Origin: Candidatus Poseidoniaceae archaeon
Lineage (GTDB): Archaea; Thermoplasmatota; Poseidoniia; Poseidoniales; Poseidoniaceae
Direction: 5' to 3'
DNA: 64,000 bases
Assembly: GCA_049606035.1 (NCBI GenBank)
Contig: JBMYVD010000001.1
Location: forward strand, 34,244-98,243
The first letter of the stretch is position 1; every line of letters starts with the position of its first letter. Of the stretch, positions 54,055 through 63,708 are shown in pieces. The notes beneath the pieces are model-generated. The model saw only the letters and a list, made by a program, of their open reading frames with translations. It ran no database searches and was not told the origin of the DNA. Both the position numbers and the translations under genes were made by a program.

Positions 54055-56859
54055 TTGGGAATTATAGACAATTTTGGAGCAGTAGCATCCTCGTACATGG
54101 ATCAAAAAGAGCAGTTGCAATCTGCTGAAGAAAAGCGTAAGCGTACTCGTGAAGGACACGGATTCTGGCCTCATGAAGTTCTACGTGACAGCCTTATCTT
54201 CGGATTCATGATATGTACACTTCTATTCTACGCATGGTTAATTCCACCACCACTTCACAGTGCAGCGGACCCATTCGCTCAAGCAGGATTCGTTTTCCCT
54301 GACTGGTATGTACTGTTTTCTTACGGTTACCTGCGATGGGGGGAATATCTACCTCAATTTGACGTACCTTTAGGGCCAATTGGTGATTTCTTTGGACAGC
54401 CATCGTTCCCATGGAACGCTGCATGGTGGGGTGCTTTCCTAACCGGAATCCCTGTCGGTATTCTAGCACTACCTCCTTTCTTGGGCGGTCGCGAAAAGAG
54501 ACCTGTTGAAGACCCATGGTTTGCTAGTGCTGGTGTAGTTTACTTAGCTCACATTTGGTTCATTTCAGTATTCTCTATCAACATCTTCCTTGAATTGTAT
54601 GGAAAGAATAGAAGCGACTTCTGTAAGTTAGACAGCCACGGCGATTTACTATGTGGTGTAAGGGATCCGTGGATTGCTGATTTATTCAATATGATACCCT
54701 GGGTAATGACAGGTATTCTTCTCTGGATAATGATCTACTTCATCGCTAAGTGGCTATTCAACAACGCATGGGGTGCAAGATTCACTCCAGCACACGGTAA
54801 GAAACTCATCGTTGGTGCTTTCATTGTTGCAACCGCTGCAAGCGTTGTTACATACCCGGTATACGATAACGGATTCTGGGATGCAAGGGGACTCTTAACA
54901 ATCTCAGATTACGAGAAATTGGAAGAGATGAGGTCGCAACCAACCGATGTTCAAGTAAATGAGAGAACTGAATTCATGGACCTACAAGGATTTGATGGAG
55001 ACATAGTTCCGGCAGCTGCATGGATGGATTGGAACATATATCAACCGACGCGGTATTATCTCATTGATTTCTCAGACAATAACGGACATCAAGATTTAGA
55101 TTCTGGTGTAAATGGCAAGTCTGGATTACAGAATTATTCTGCTGATGAAACTGTATGGGCTACCGGTTCATTCATCATCACTGATGATTATTGGCCTGAA
55201 GACAACGACTTCACTACAGTACCTTTAGACGCTACGTGCGCTACCAGAGCGAGTGAAGTCCTAATCGATGGGGGAGATTCAACCTCTGGAATGATTCAGT
55301 CAAGCCTAGTTATCACCCAAAGAGACAGTGGCGACGTTGTAGTCGACACTGATTGTAATACAGGAGAGTTAGGCGTGGAACTGGCATCGGGTACATACGA
55401 CTACGAGTTCAAGGTAGAATCAACCGATGGCCTAAGAGCAAACAACACAGTTACTGTTGAAACCTTATTCACAATTCAAGCATTCCAGCCACTTCTTCTC
55501 TATGATGACGATGCTGGAAACGGCCTTGCTGGAATGACTGTTGACCTATCTAACTCCCTAAACATGGAGTTAGAAGGTGAGAATATGGGAGTTATGGTGA
55601 ACCCAACTTACCACACCAACCCTCTAGCATTGGATGCTAAGTTGACTTATGCAATGTTCATCCCATGTATTACCGCAGGTGCAATCACATTCGTGGTATT
55701 GAGAAACATGGCTCGTGGATACGAGTTCGAAATGAACAAGTGTTACGGCTGTGACCTGTGTGATGATGCATGTCCAGTCAGACTCTTCAATGCTGGTGAC
55801 AAGTTGAACATCATTTACAACTCGTGGAATAACGAAGACGATGGTGTACCGCTGTATTCGTGTTTGACATGTACTGCATGTACAAACGCATGTCCACAAT
55901 TGGTCAACTACGATTCATACGTTGACATTCGCCGCTCACTTATCGTTGGTGGCCCGGCTGCTGAAATCCCTCACACTGTCCTGCAAGCAGTACTAGCTGC
56001 AGAAGCGGAGGAAGAGAGTGACGCTGATTTCGTCTCAGTCGAAGATTATCCAATCGATTCAAACATTGGCTACTACCCAGGATGTGTAGACTACCTAGAC
56101 CAAGAGATGGTATTCAGCCACCTAAACGAAGGCTCGATGGACCTAGGAGAAACCACAACTGCAGCATTCACATTATTCGAGGAGATGGGAACAGATGTCT
56201 CATATCTCGGACGTGACTTCCTGAAGTGTTGTGGGCACGACCAGAAGTGGCAAGGTCTTGATGAAGTGTTTGACAAACTCAAGGCATACAACCAGAAGAA
56301 GATCGAAGCATCCGGGATTGACACACTAGTTTCCTCATGCGCTGAATGTTTCAGAACATTCGCTCGTGATTACGAATTAGAAGGTGTCAAAGTCATGCAT
56401 ACAACAGAATTCCTAATCGAAAATGGATTCGACATGCAACTGAAGGCAGAGGATGAATTGACGGTTACCTATCACGACCCATGTAGACTAGGTAGACAGA
56501 TGGGAATCTATGATGAACCACGTGAACTAGTTGCTGGAGTCGAAGGTGTTGAACTTGTAGAGATGGAACACCATGGCGAAGATGCAATGTGCTGTGGAGT
56601 CTCAAGCATGATGTCTTGTAATGAGAACGCTCGTGCACTGAGAGTATCCAGAATGGAGGAAATCCGCAACACTGGCGCAGACATGATGATTACATCCTGT
56701 CCAAAGTGTGTATCTCACTTTGAGTGTCTCAAGTTCGAAGGCGACGAAAGGCATGACATCGAAATCCTTGATGTTGTATCATTCCTAGCACGCCAGGTTG
56801 AAGCAAAGAAGTCACTTGCTGAAGAAGCAAGTACATCGAGAGTTTCTGTTGAAGCTTAA
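54055..56859 (+). CDS. Cytochrome b subunit IV (PetD) fused to an extracellular domain and an HdrD/GlpC-type Fe-S module
   Basis: FWPHE, ADP, PDWY (PEWY-like), LPPFL; CYGCDLCDDACP and CLTCTACTNACP; two CCG domains (YYPGC..CCG..CAEC; YHDPC..CCG..CPKC). Confidence 0.88.
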   Translation: MGIIDNFGAVASSYMDQKEQLQSAEEKRKRTREGHGFWPHEVLRDSLIFGFMICTLLFYAWLIPPPLHSAADPFAQAGFVFPDWYVLFSYGYLRWGEYLPQFDVPLGPIGDFFGQPSFPWNAAWWGAFLTGIPVGILALPPFLGGREKRPVEDPWFASAGVVYLAHIWFISVFSINIFLELYGKNRSDFCKLDSHGDLLCGVRDPWIADLFNMIPWVMTGILLWIMIYFIAKWLFNNAWGARFTPAHGKKLIVGAFIVATAASVVTYPVYDNGFWDARGLLTISDYEKLEEMRSQPTDVQVNERTEFMDLQGFDGDIVPAAAWMDWNIYQPTRYYLIDFSDNNGHQDLDSGVNGKSGLQNYSADETVWATGSFIITDDYWPEDNDFTTVPLDATCATRASEVLIDGGDSTSGMIQSSLVITQRDSGDVVVDTDCNTGELGVELASGTYDYEFKVESTDGLRANNTVTVETLFTIQAFQPLLLYDDDAGNGLAGMTVDLSNSLNMELEGENMGVMVNPTYHTNPLALDAKLTYAMFIPCITAGAITFVVLRNMARGYEFEMNKCYGCDLCDDACPVRLFNAGDKLNIIYNSWNNEDDGVPLYSCLTCTACTNACPQLVNYDSYVDIRRSLIVGGPAAEIPHTVLQAVLAAEAEEESDADFVSVEDYPIDSNIGYYPGCVDYLDQEMVFSHLNEGSMDLGETTTAAFTLFEEMGTDVSYLGRDFLKCCGHDQKWQGLDEVFDKLKAYNQKKIEASGIDTLVSSCAECFRTFARDYELEGVKVMHTTEFLIENGFDMQLKAEDELTVTYHDPCRLGRQMGIYDEPRELVAGVEGVELVEMEHHGEDAMCCGVSSMMSCNENARALRVSRMEEIRNTGADMMITSCPKCVSHFECLKFEGDERHDIEILDVVSFLARQVEAKKSLAEEASTSRVSVEA

Positions 56860-56920
56860 ACAAGCACTCGACAACAAAAGTCGGGTTAAACTTGATTAGT
56901 GAGATTGACCAGTTCATATC

Positions 56921-57712
56921 ATGGATTACGACAGTCTTACTCTTCTTGAACTCAAGACAGTGTGCAAAGACAGAGGTCTCAAGGTTAGTGGTAACAAGGC
57001 TGAAGTCGTAATCAGACTAATGGAAGATGATGAATCAAAAATGCCTCAGTCTGTGTCTATTCCTCAACAGCAAGTCAATTATGGTCAGCAGCAAATGTAT
57101 GGACAACAGATGTATGGCGGGCAACCTCAACAAATCTTCATCACAAATAACACAACCAGTGTGGTTCAAATTACTGGATTCCTAATCATCTTATACGGTT
57201 TGTTTAGGCTCTTTTGGGGGATGTTCGCTGATGAAGACGAATACTTCTTTGTCTTATTTATCGGAACAGCGTTCATTTTCAGTGGGATACTATCTGTTCA
57301 AGGGTACCGAGTTGGACTGTATTTCGCCTTGATTACCCTAGTCATTTCGGGATTGCTTTCGCTCATCTATATCGACAAACAAGGCAGCTTTTTGTCAGTA
57401 GGACAAGGGACAGGTGAAGGATCGGTTGGTTTCTCATTATTCTGTTCAGGATTCTGTATGCTAATTGTAGCATTACCATTACTAACTGCAGATCCCTCAA
57501 ATTTCAGAGATGGTTCGCCAAAATATCTCAGATCGTTAATCGATACAGCAGATTGGTTCTCACCGATACCACTGCTGTGGGGAGGTAGAAAAGACGTTGA
57601 AACCAAGATAGTCATCAATTGTGCACATTGCGACGCACCACTGAAAGTACCAAGTGATTACAAGGGCAAAGTAAAGTGCCCAACATGTGAAGAAAGATTC
57701 GAAATCGAGTGA
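56921..57712 (+). CDS. SAP-domain membrane protein with C-terminal zinc ribbon
   Basis: LTLLELKTVCKDRGLKVSGNKAEVVIRL (SAP), YGQQ repeats, four TMs, CAHC..CPTC. Confidence 0.75.
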   Translation: MDYDSLTLLELKTVCKDRGLKVSGNKAEVVIRLMEDDESKMPQSVSIPQQQVNYGQQQMYGQQMYGGQPQQIFITNNTTSVVQITGFLIILYGLFRLFWGMFADEDEYFFVLFIGTAFIFSGILSVQGYRVGLYFALITLVISGLLSLIYIDKQGSFLSVGQGTGEGSVGFSLFCSGFCMLIVALPLLTADPSNFRDGSPKYLRSLIDTADWFSPIPLLWGGRKDVETKIVINCAHCDAPLKVPSDYKGKVKCPTCEERFEIE

Positions 57713-57714
57713 TT

Positions 57715-58002
57715 TCAGGGTTCCTCTTCCATTCCTCTAATCTCATAATTTGAGGGGAATAAAGCGACAATCACACCTGCAATTAGGAAACCAAGACCCA
57801 TACCAAACTCCTGTTGAACAAACAGGAATTCTAGTGCGAATACCACTAGAAGAAGTCCACCAATATTTGACACCCAAACTAGAGTCTTGAATGTCGATAG
57901 CGAAACTCCTGTGGTATTAGCTCCCCTCTTTGGACCAAATTCTCCTCCGAATCTTTGTGCGCCTTCATGTTCTGGTTGTTTTGACATAATATCACCTATC
58001 AA
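57715..58002 (-). CDS. Small membrane protein
   Basis: Two TMs; last gene of a coupled minus-strand run. Confidence 0.6.
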   Translation of the reverse strand: MIGDIMSKQPEHEGAQRFGGEFGPKRGANTTGVSLSTFKTLVWVSNIGGLLLVVFALEFLFVQQEFGMGLGFLIAGVIVALFPSNYEIRGMEEEP

Positions 58003-58324
58003 TCATAGTAATTGCATCTGTTGGACATGCTAGCACACACAACCGGCACCCTGTGCAAGCATCTCGAATAATTCTCGCTTTTCTGTTGCTTGGAACTTGA
58101 AGTAGTGGAGAAGCCATGTCCTTGAAGTACAGTTCAATAGCATCATCATCGCATACTATTGTGCATTGATCACATCCAATGCACAGGTTCTCTGTAACCC
58201 AAGCAACAGTTCCCTCGCCACCTTTGATAGTGGACCTTCTCTCACCTTTTTGCCTGGCAAGAGAGATAGCGATTCGCTCAGCCTCAGCTTCGCGACGCTT
58301 GGCCAAATCATCACGAGTGGTCAT
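57992..58324 (-). CDS. 2x[4Fe-4S] ferredoxin-type protein
   Basis: CIGCDQCTIVC and CTGCRLCVLACP. Confidence 0.88.
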   Translation of the reverse strand: MTTRDDLAKRREAEAERIAISLARQKGERRSTIKGGEGTVAWVTENLCIGCDQCTIVCDDDAIELYFKDMASPLLQVPSNRKARIIRDACTGCRLCVLACPTDAITMIDR

Positions 58325-58971
58325 ACATTTACCTCCACTAGGTGCTTACTTTCAAACCTCTCTACTGAAATATTCACCAACCAGTCTCCGAGGCAATAGA
58401 ATGCTCCAACAAGAAGAGGAGGATTCCAAGCGGTAAGTCCCGTCCATGGAACTTCATTTGCCCATGTCCAATTTGTGAGGTATGTCCCCCACAACTCCAT
58501 CAGAAGAGCAGCCCAAGCCATTGTTGCATAGAGTGCTGGCTGTGGGCCCCACTTGGTGAAAACAAGAACCAACACAAGCAAAAATACTGCAGAAGTATCT
58601 CCACCAGTCCATACTCCGTAAGCGACTAGAGGCACAAACGGCAGCAAACTCATCATCGCTTTATCTGCTGCAAGAAATTTACTCAGTCTTCGACCTGCGT
58701 CAAACAAGAACCAGTGACCAACTGGCACGAATAGAGGCATTAATCCACGTTGATATTCGTAAATTAACCAAACCTCTGAGAAAAACAATTCCATTGGAGT
58801 AGCGAATGCTAAGACAGTCAACATCTCAATCCGCTCTTTCCTTTCAGCCTCTTTGAATAACCAAGCAAATAGGCCTAAGCACCAGAAATTTACAGGCCAT
58901 TCAGCATACTTTGCACTAACGTACAAGCCAATGCCGATTGTCAATGCGTAAACTGCAACCCTGCGCATCAA
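58321..58971 (-). CDS. Hypothetical membrane protein
   Basis: Multiple TMs; YEY..G.MPLFVPVGH, ELWGT...WTW, NPP motifs. Confidence 0.7.
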   Translation of the reverse strand: MMRRVAVYALTIGIGLYVSAKYAEWPVNFWCLGLFAWLFKEAERKERIEMLTVLAFATPMELFFSEVWLIYEYQRGLMPLFVPVGHWFLFDAGRRLSKFLAADKAMMSLLPFVPLVAYGVWTGGDTSAVFLLVLVLVFTKWGPQPALYATMAWAALLMELWGTYLTNWTWANEVPWTGLTAWNPPLLVGAFYCLGDWLVNISVERFESKHLVEVNV

Positions 58972-58978
58972 ATCACCA

Positions 58979-59962
58979 TCATTGTATTTCTATTGAAACG
59001 CCTTCTGAACGCATTACTTCGATTACAAGTTCAATAACTTCGTTGGGTAAATCCTCAGGAGCAAATACTCCACTCTCAAGCATTTCAGGTCGGTCAACCC
59101 AAGCGATGACACAACTTGCTGTGACTAGACCAGTGGTCCTTGCCATACTGGAATCGGATTCTTTTCCATTATCTTCGATGATCCATCTCTGTGTATTCTT
59201 TCCAGCCTTGATGAAAACCTCCATCCAAGTGAACTCAGCCTTTGAGGGGTCCATTTTCCAAGCCTCAACCAATTCATCAGGGTTTAACTCACTCTCCTGA
59301 TATTTCTGAATATGACCCGGCCACCTAACCGTATATTCTCCCATATTTTCTACTGGGAGGTTTAGCAATGAGCGTAAACCATCGGTAAGGAATGCATCCA
59401 TTTGCCTTCCATTTGCATCGATTGAATGTAGTTCACTGATTGCAGGGACGCTCACTTTTTCGCCATTGGAAATAATCCTTGCAGGTCTTGTGTATTCAGC
59501 GATGACATCATGAGGAGAAAAAGGAGCCATGTAGGACCATTCACCGTCTGGTTGGGCAGGATTACCGCCAACTTTGATCGTGACTTCATCAAGAGTTCCG
59601 AACTCTCTGACTGCCATTGCAACTAGCATATTCGACAAACCAGGAGCGATTCCTACATCCCAAAGAATCGAACTACTAACATCAGTTAGCGTATCTGGTG
59701 TTGTTTCACTGAATGATAGATCTACTATTTTCAGATTAGAATCTTTGAGGGTTGATGTCATCTGATTACCCAAGGAACCCGGTAGCATGTTTACTACAAA
59801 ATCTGCCAAATCATGGTTTGCCTGCAAGGCATTCTCAAGATGAAAAGTGGCAGATGTCTGTCTTTCCGTTACATCGTATAGATGTACGTCAAAACCTGCT
59901 TCGACCAACTTTCTGGTCACGAAGGAGCCAACCAGGCCTCCTCCTAAGCAGTGAATTCGCAA
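58979..59962 (-). CDS. Saccharopine dehydrogenase / lysine 6-dehydrogenase family protein
   Basis: LGGGLVG Rossmann fold, D.GIAPGLSN, VGG.P, TDGLRSL, RWPGH, MARTTG; TTG start after GGAGGG. Confidence 0.85.
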   Translation of the reverse strand: MRIHCLGGGLVGSFVTRKLVEAGFDVHLYDVTERQTSATFHLENALQANHDLADFVVNMLPGSLGNQMTSTLKDSNLKIVDLSFSETTPDTLTDVSSSILWDVGIAPGLSNMLVAMAVREFGTLDEVTIKVGGNPAQPDGEWSYMAPFSPHDVIAEYTRPARIISNGEKVSVPAISELHSIDANGRQMDAFLTDGLRSLLNLPVENMGEYTVRWPGHIQKYQESELNPDELVEAWKMDPSKAEFTWMEVFIKAGKNTQRWIIEDNGKESDSSMARTTGLVTASCVIAWVDRPEMLESGVFAPEDLPNEVIELVIEVMRSEGVSIEIQ

Positions 59963-59963
59963 A

Positions 59964-61169
59964 TCAACCCTCCATCTGTTTTTGAGATTCAGCGCCCATA
60001 GCAAGCATAGACAATTCTGACACAAGTGCGTGCCAACCATGTGCATGCTCACCAAACTGTGCGCCTACCTCGCTGTATGGTTTGAACTCAGCCGAGGGTG
60101 AATTTAGGTTTTCCATCTCTCCTTTCTTTGCATTTATTCGGTAAAACCAAGATGCAGCTTCTCCATCTACAAGGTAAACTACTGGCTCTACTGGGGCTCC
60201 CTCATCAGTATTAATCGCGGTCGGAACACCTTCTTGAATCAGGAAGTTTTCTACATCTACACCACCTTTAGAGTACATCAGTCGCTTAAATTTCCTATTA
60301 GAGAGATTCAACAATTCGCTACCACTTTTTACAGCCATTATTCCTAGACCGTAGGTACCACGGTCGTTTTTGATAAATGCAACAGGCTCTCTATCAATTC
60401 CTAATGTCTGATATTTCGCCTCAATTCTTGCCAGGAATTCATCGACTTCAGCCGCTAGCATTTGGCGGCATGATTCTTTTTCTAGACACTTATCTTCAGA
60501 AACGAACCAACTGGATAGGAGGTGCCATGGATCGATTTCAAGAATTTCAGCGATTTCATTGACGTATGCTTGTAGGCACTCATAGTGCTCGCTTTTTCTT
60601 CTCCTCTGCCAGCCCATATGGGGCGGTGGAGAAACTTGGTGTGCTCCGAGTCCACCAACCATGCCTTCTGTTAGGTCGTTATTCAACAGTACAAGACATG
60701 GCTTCTCTCCATCAATTAGCAGATTTTCTCCTTCAATTTCAACAGCATCCAATTTCAGAGGACCTGTAATTCCATCTAGAGAACCGTGCCCTTCAAGTTC
60801 TGGCGAACCTACCGTACATCTGAATCCTGCTTCTTGAATCAGACGCTTGATTGTTGCAACATTCTCGACATAACCAGGATTTCTTGTATGAGACTCAGGA
60901 TAAAGATGGACCCATGTACATCCCTCGTGCTTGCGGTTAATGTGATTTCTAAGCAGTGCTGCAAGATGAGGTTCATCCTCTGGAGAAGTATTGTTGAAAC
61001 CTGCAGGGAAATGGTTAGCATCCACAACTGCAACTTTCCAACCCGCGTCTCTAATGTCCACGCTTCCATAAATTGGGATTGGAACTTCACTGCGTTTCTT
61101 TGCCATCCATTCACTAATCAGTTCTCTATTATCTTCCAATTTTTGAGTTAGGTCGTGCACAAATGTCAT
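59964..61169 (-). CDS. gshA: Glutamate--cysteine ligase (GshA, PF08886 ATP-grasp type)
   Basis: YGSVDIRDAG.K.A.VD.N.FPAGFNN, PESHTRN, LLNNDL, RRKSEH, K.D.GTYGLGIM, QEGVPT, ENLN. Confidence 0.88.
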   Translation of the reverse strand: MTFVHDLTQKLEDNRELISEWMAKKRSEVPIPIYGSVDIRDAGWKVAVVDANHFPAGFNNTSPEDEPHLAALLRNHINRKHEGCTWVHLYPESHTRNPGYVENVATIKRLIQEAGFRCTVGSPELEGHGSLDGITGPLKLDAVEIEGENLLIDGEKPCLVLLNNDLTEGMVGGLGAHQVSPPPHMGWQRRRKSEHYECLQAYVNEIAEILEIDPWHLLSSWFVSEDKCLEKESCRQMLAAEVDEFLARIEAKYQTLGIDREPVAFIKNDRGTYGLGIMAVKSGSELLNLSNRKFKRLMYSKGGVDVENFLIQEGVPTAINTDEGAPVEPVVYLVDGEAASWFYRINAKKGEMENLNSPSAEFKPYSEVGAQFGEHAHGWHALVSELSMLAMGAESQKQMEG

Positions 61170-62881
61170 CCTATCACCTCATCGAGTAATGATGCAGCGT
61201 CTCCGGTTTTTCTGCTTCTGCCGCCATCAAGAATGTGCATCGCTTCAAACAGACCTAGACCTATTGCGATATCTGGTTGTTTTAAGAGAGCCTTTTCCAT
61301 TGTTGGGTGGCGTGCAGCGATATCTTCGACTCGCGGCTGCAATTCTGCAAGTACAGCATCGATCATACGTGGGGAAGTTGCTCTTCCAGCTGGCAGTTTC
61401 GGCCTACGGACAATTTCTGCTGGCAAGTCAGTCAAATCGGCAGCCTTCCTAAGTGCTGCTTTTTCTTCTAGACTCTTTGGCAGTCTCCAGTCGATTGGCA
61501 ATTTGTTTGAAGCATCTCTGTGACGATAGCCCAAGAAAGGAACCCTAACTTCCAACCCATGTGCCATTGAGTGCCTGTCTACCAATCTTAACTGGAAGTT
61601 AGACAGTTGCCCGTGGTCTAATTCAAACTGCAAAAAGTCTTGTAAACTTTCACAATGTGCTTTCGGCGAGTGGTCTGCAGCCCACCATTCTTCACCAGTA
61701 AGTTTGCTTAGGTCACAATTCAAATCGTCTAACCTAGATTGAATTTCATTTGCATGGGCAGCCAAATCACGATACCTAGGATATCCTGCATGTAATTCAT
61801 CAGCACCTTGACCACATAGACCAACTGTTACAGATTCCGACATCTTTGCGAATAGGGGCTGGAAAAACAAAACCGTCAGGTCAAGGTCTTCGCCATGCCA
61901 GGCTAAGTCAGGTAAGCGTGAGTTGAAAGAATCCTCTTCTAAGATGTACTTATGATGCTCTAAATCTAAACTAGAAGCAACCAATTCTGCGGCTTGCCAA
62001 TCCGGATTATCTTCACTTTCCGCCACAGTCCAGCAGGCTGGAACCGGCTGGCCTGCCCTTTGTGCTGCCTCCCTAGCAACAGCACAGACCAAACTAGAAT
62101 CGAGTCCGCCCGAGAGCACTATGCCGACTGGCACATCAGCCATCAGTCGGTCTTTTACACTCTCAACAAAAGTCTCGAGTAGCTCCTCTGGGTCATTCCA
62201 AGAATCCGTTGGGGCGACTATCTGTTGCTCGAATCTTGCAATACTAGTCATGGTTGGCTTTCCATCAATCAACTCCCATACTTCGACAGTCCCCGGTCGC
62301 ACCTGATGCACACCCGCAAACAGTGTCGTTGCATCTAGAGGGTATTCCCATGCAATTCTTGCTCTCATTGCGAGGTCATCGATTGCAGGAATGTAATCCT
62401 CGTGGGCCCTCAGGGCTTTTGCCTCTGAAGAAAATAATAGTGAGTCTCCAACTATGGTTCTCATCAATGGCTTGATTCCCATTGCGTCTCTTGCTAAGAT
62501 AAGTTGACCTTCTGACCACAGTGCAAAGGCAAACATACCATCCAACTTAGATATCCACTTGGCATGTGTTGACGCATTTCCTTTACCGGTATGTAGAGAC
62601 ATAACAACTTCGCTATCGCCGTTTGTAGTGTATTGATACATGCTACTTTTTAGGCTCAGGTGATTGTAAATCTCTCCATTTACGACCGCCACTTTTCCAG
62701 GTCCGTAAATCGGCTGAGGAGAGCCAACGATGTCGACAATAGCTAACCTAGTGTGTGCGAGTCCACAATTGTCGTCGCTAAAGATACCTTGACCATCAGG
62801 ACCTCTGTGGTCCATTAGAAAATTCATGCGCGATAATATTGCTTGGTCTGGTTCACCAAGCATTCCGCCTATACCACACAT
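61166..62881 (-). CDS. asnB: Asparagine synthase-like glutamine amidotransferase
   Basis: MCGI, HRGPD, RLAIVD, NGEIYN, LSGGLDSS, GQGADELH.GY, MAHGLEVRVPFL. Confidence 0.9.
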   Translation of the reverse strand: MCGIGGMLGEPDQAILSRMNFLMDHRGPDGQGIFSDDNCGLAHTRLAIVDIVGSPQPIYGPGKVAVVNGEIYNHLSLKSSMYQYTTNGDSEVVMSLHTGKGNASTHAKWISKLDGMFAFALWSEGQLILARDAMGIKPLMRTIVGDSLLFSSEAKALRAHEDYIPAIDDLAMRARIAWEYPLDATTLFAGVHQVRPGTVEVWELIDGKPTMTSIARFEQQIVAPTDSWNDPEELLETFVESVKDRLMADVPVGIVLSGGLDSSLVCAVAREAAQRAGQPVPACWTVAESEDNPDWQAAELVASSLDLEHHKYILEEDSFNSRLPDLAWHGEDLDLTVLFFQPLFAKMSESVTVGLCGQGADELHAGYPRYRDLAAHANEIQSRLDDLNCDLSKLTGEEWWAADHSPKAHCESLQDFLQFELDHGQLSNFQLRLVDRHSMAHGLEVRVPFLGYRHRDASNKLPIDWRLPKSLEEKAALRKAADLTDLPAEIVRRPKLPAGRATSPRMIDAVLAELQPRVEDIAARHPTMEKALLKQPDIAIGLGLFEAMHILDGGRSRKTGDAASLLDEVIG

Positions 62882-62928
62882 AGCACAGCCTGAACAACTT
62901 CATTCAAGATACCTTGCTTTGGTTCAAA

Positions 62929-63039
62929 TCACCAAAGTGGATAAATGAACATTGTAACAATAAGCAGAACGAAAGCTAACAAAAATGCCAGTAGGTAGGT
63001 ACTCTGCGGAGGGTCCTTGGAAGGCGCTTCGTCACTCAT
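62929..63039 (-). CDS. Small single-TM protein, 36 aa (MSDEAPSKDPPQSTYLLAFLLAFVLLIVTMFIYPLW)
   Basis: Read manually; AGGTGA SD 6 nt upstream of ATG; clean TM helix; fills an intergenic gap. Confidence 0.6.
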   Translation of the reverse strand: MSDEAPSKDPPQSTYLLAFLLAFVLLIVTMFIYPLW

Positions 63040-63090
63040 TCTGTCTCACCTATCCTAACGGGATACTAGCAGCCATTTCAACATAATGGT

Positions 63091-63708
63091 CTACAGCCAT
63101 GGTAGGAGCATGATAGCAGCACACAGAGGGATAAGCAACATAGTAGCATTATCGTCTATCCACCTTAGTCTCGGCCATTCTGCTGCGACGCACAGTGGGG
63201 CCATGAAAACAGCCAACAAAATTGGAGTACCTAATTGGTACCAACATGCAACCCAAATTATTGCGAGAAATATTGAGCCAGAGATAAACACCGTTCTTGG
63301 AGGGTTACCTTTTCTTCTTACTTCGCCCAAAAACGGGTCGCCAAGTGACAGTGAAAGAATCAGAGGCCATACCAGTTCAGGATATTCTGACAATGTCAAA
63401 AATGTCAATCCAACAGCAAGTCCACCCCATGCAAGAGCGCTCACTTGCTTTGACTCATAATCGCGTTGACCAAAAATTGTGATTCCTAATTTTAGTCTTA
63501 CAGCCTCACTGAATGCGATTCCAAATGTCAACAGCGATACTAATTGTAGTTCGGTAATCGATGCAAAATCGGACAAATCATCAGCATATTCGTAGTAAAC
63601 CAATGGAATGAAAGACATACCAATATGAAAGGCTCTCCTGAAGAGATGACCATACATTCCGCCAACCGAGTGGTCAACTGGATCTGTTAACTCAACTTGA
63701 TCGCTCAC
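63091..63708 (-). CDS. Dolichol/phytol kinase-like CTP-dependent membrane kinase
   Basis: RRAFHI, LGDP, AE...IDDN..LIP motifs; multiple TMs. Confidence 0.7.
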   Translation of the reverse strand: MSDQVELTDPVDHSVGGMYGHLFRRAFHIGMSFIPLVYYEYADDLSDFASITELQLVSLLTFGIAFSEAVRLKLGITIFGQRDYESKQVSALAWGGLAVGLTFLTLSEYPELVWPLILSLSLGDPFLGEVRRKGNPPRTVFISGSIFLAIIWVACWYQLGTPILLAVFMAPLCVAAEWPRLRWIDDNATMLLIPLCAAIMLLPWL

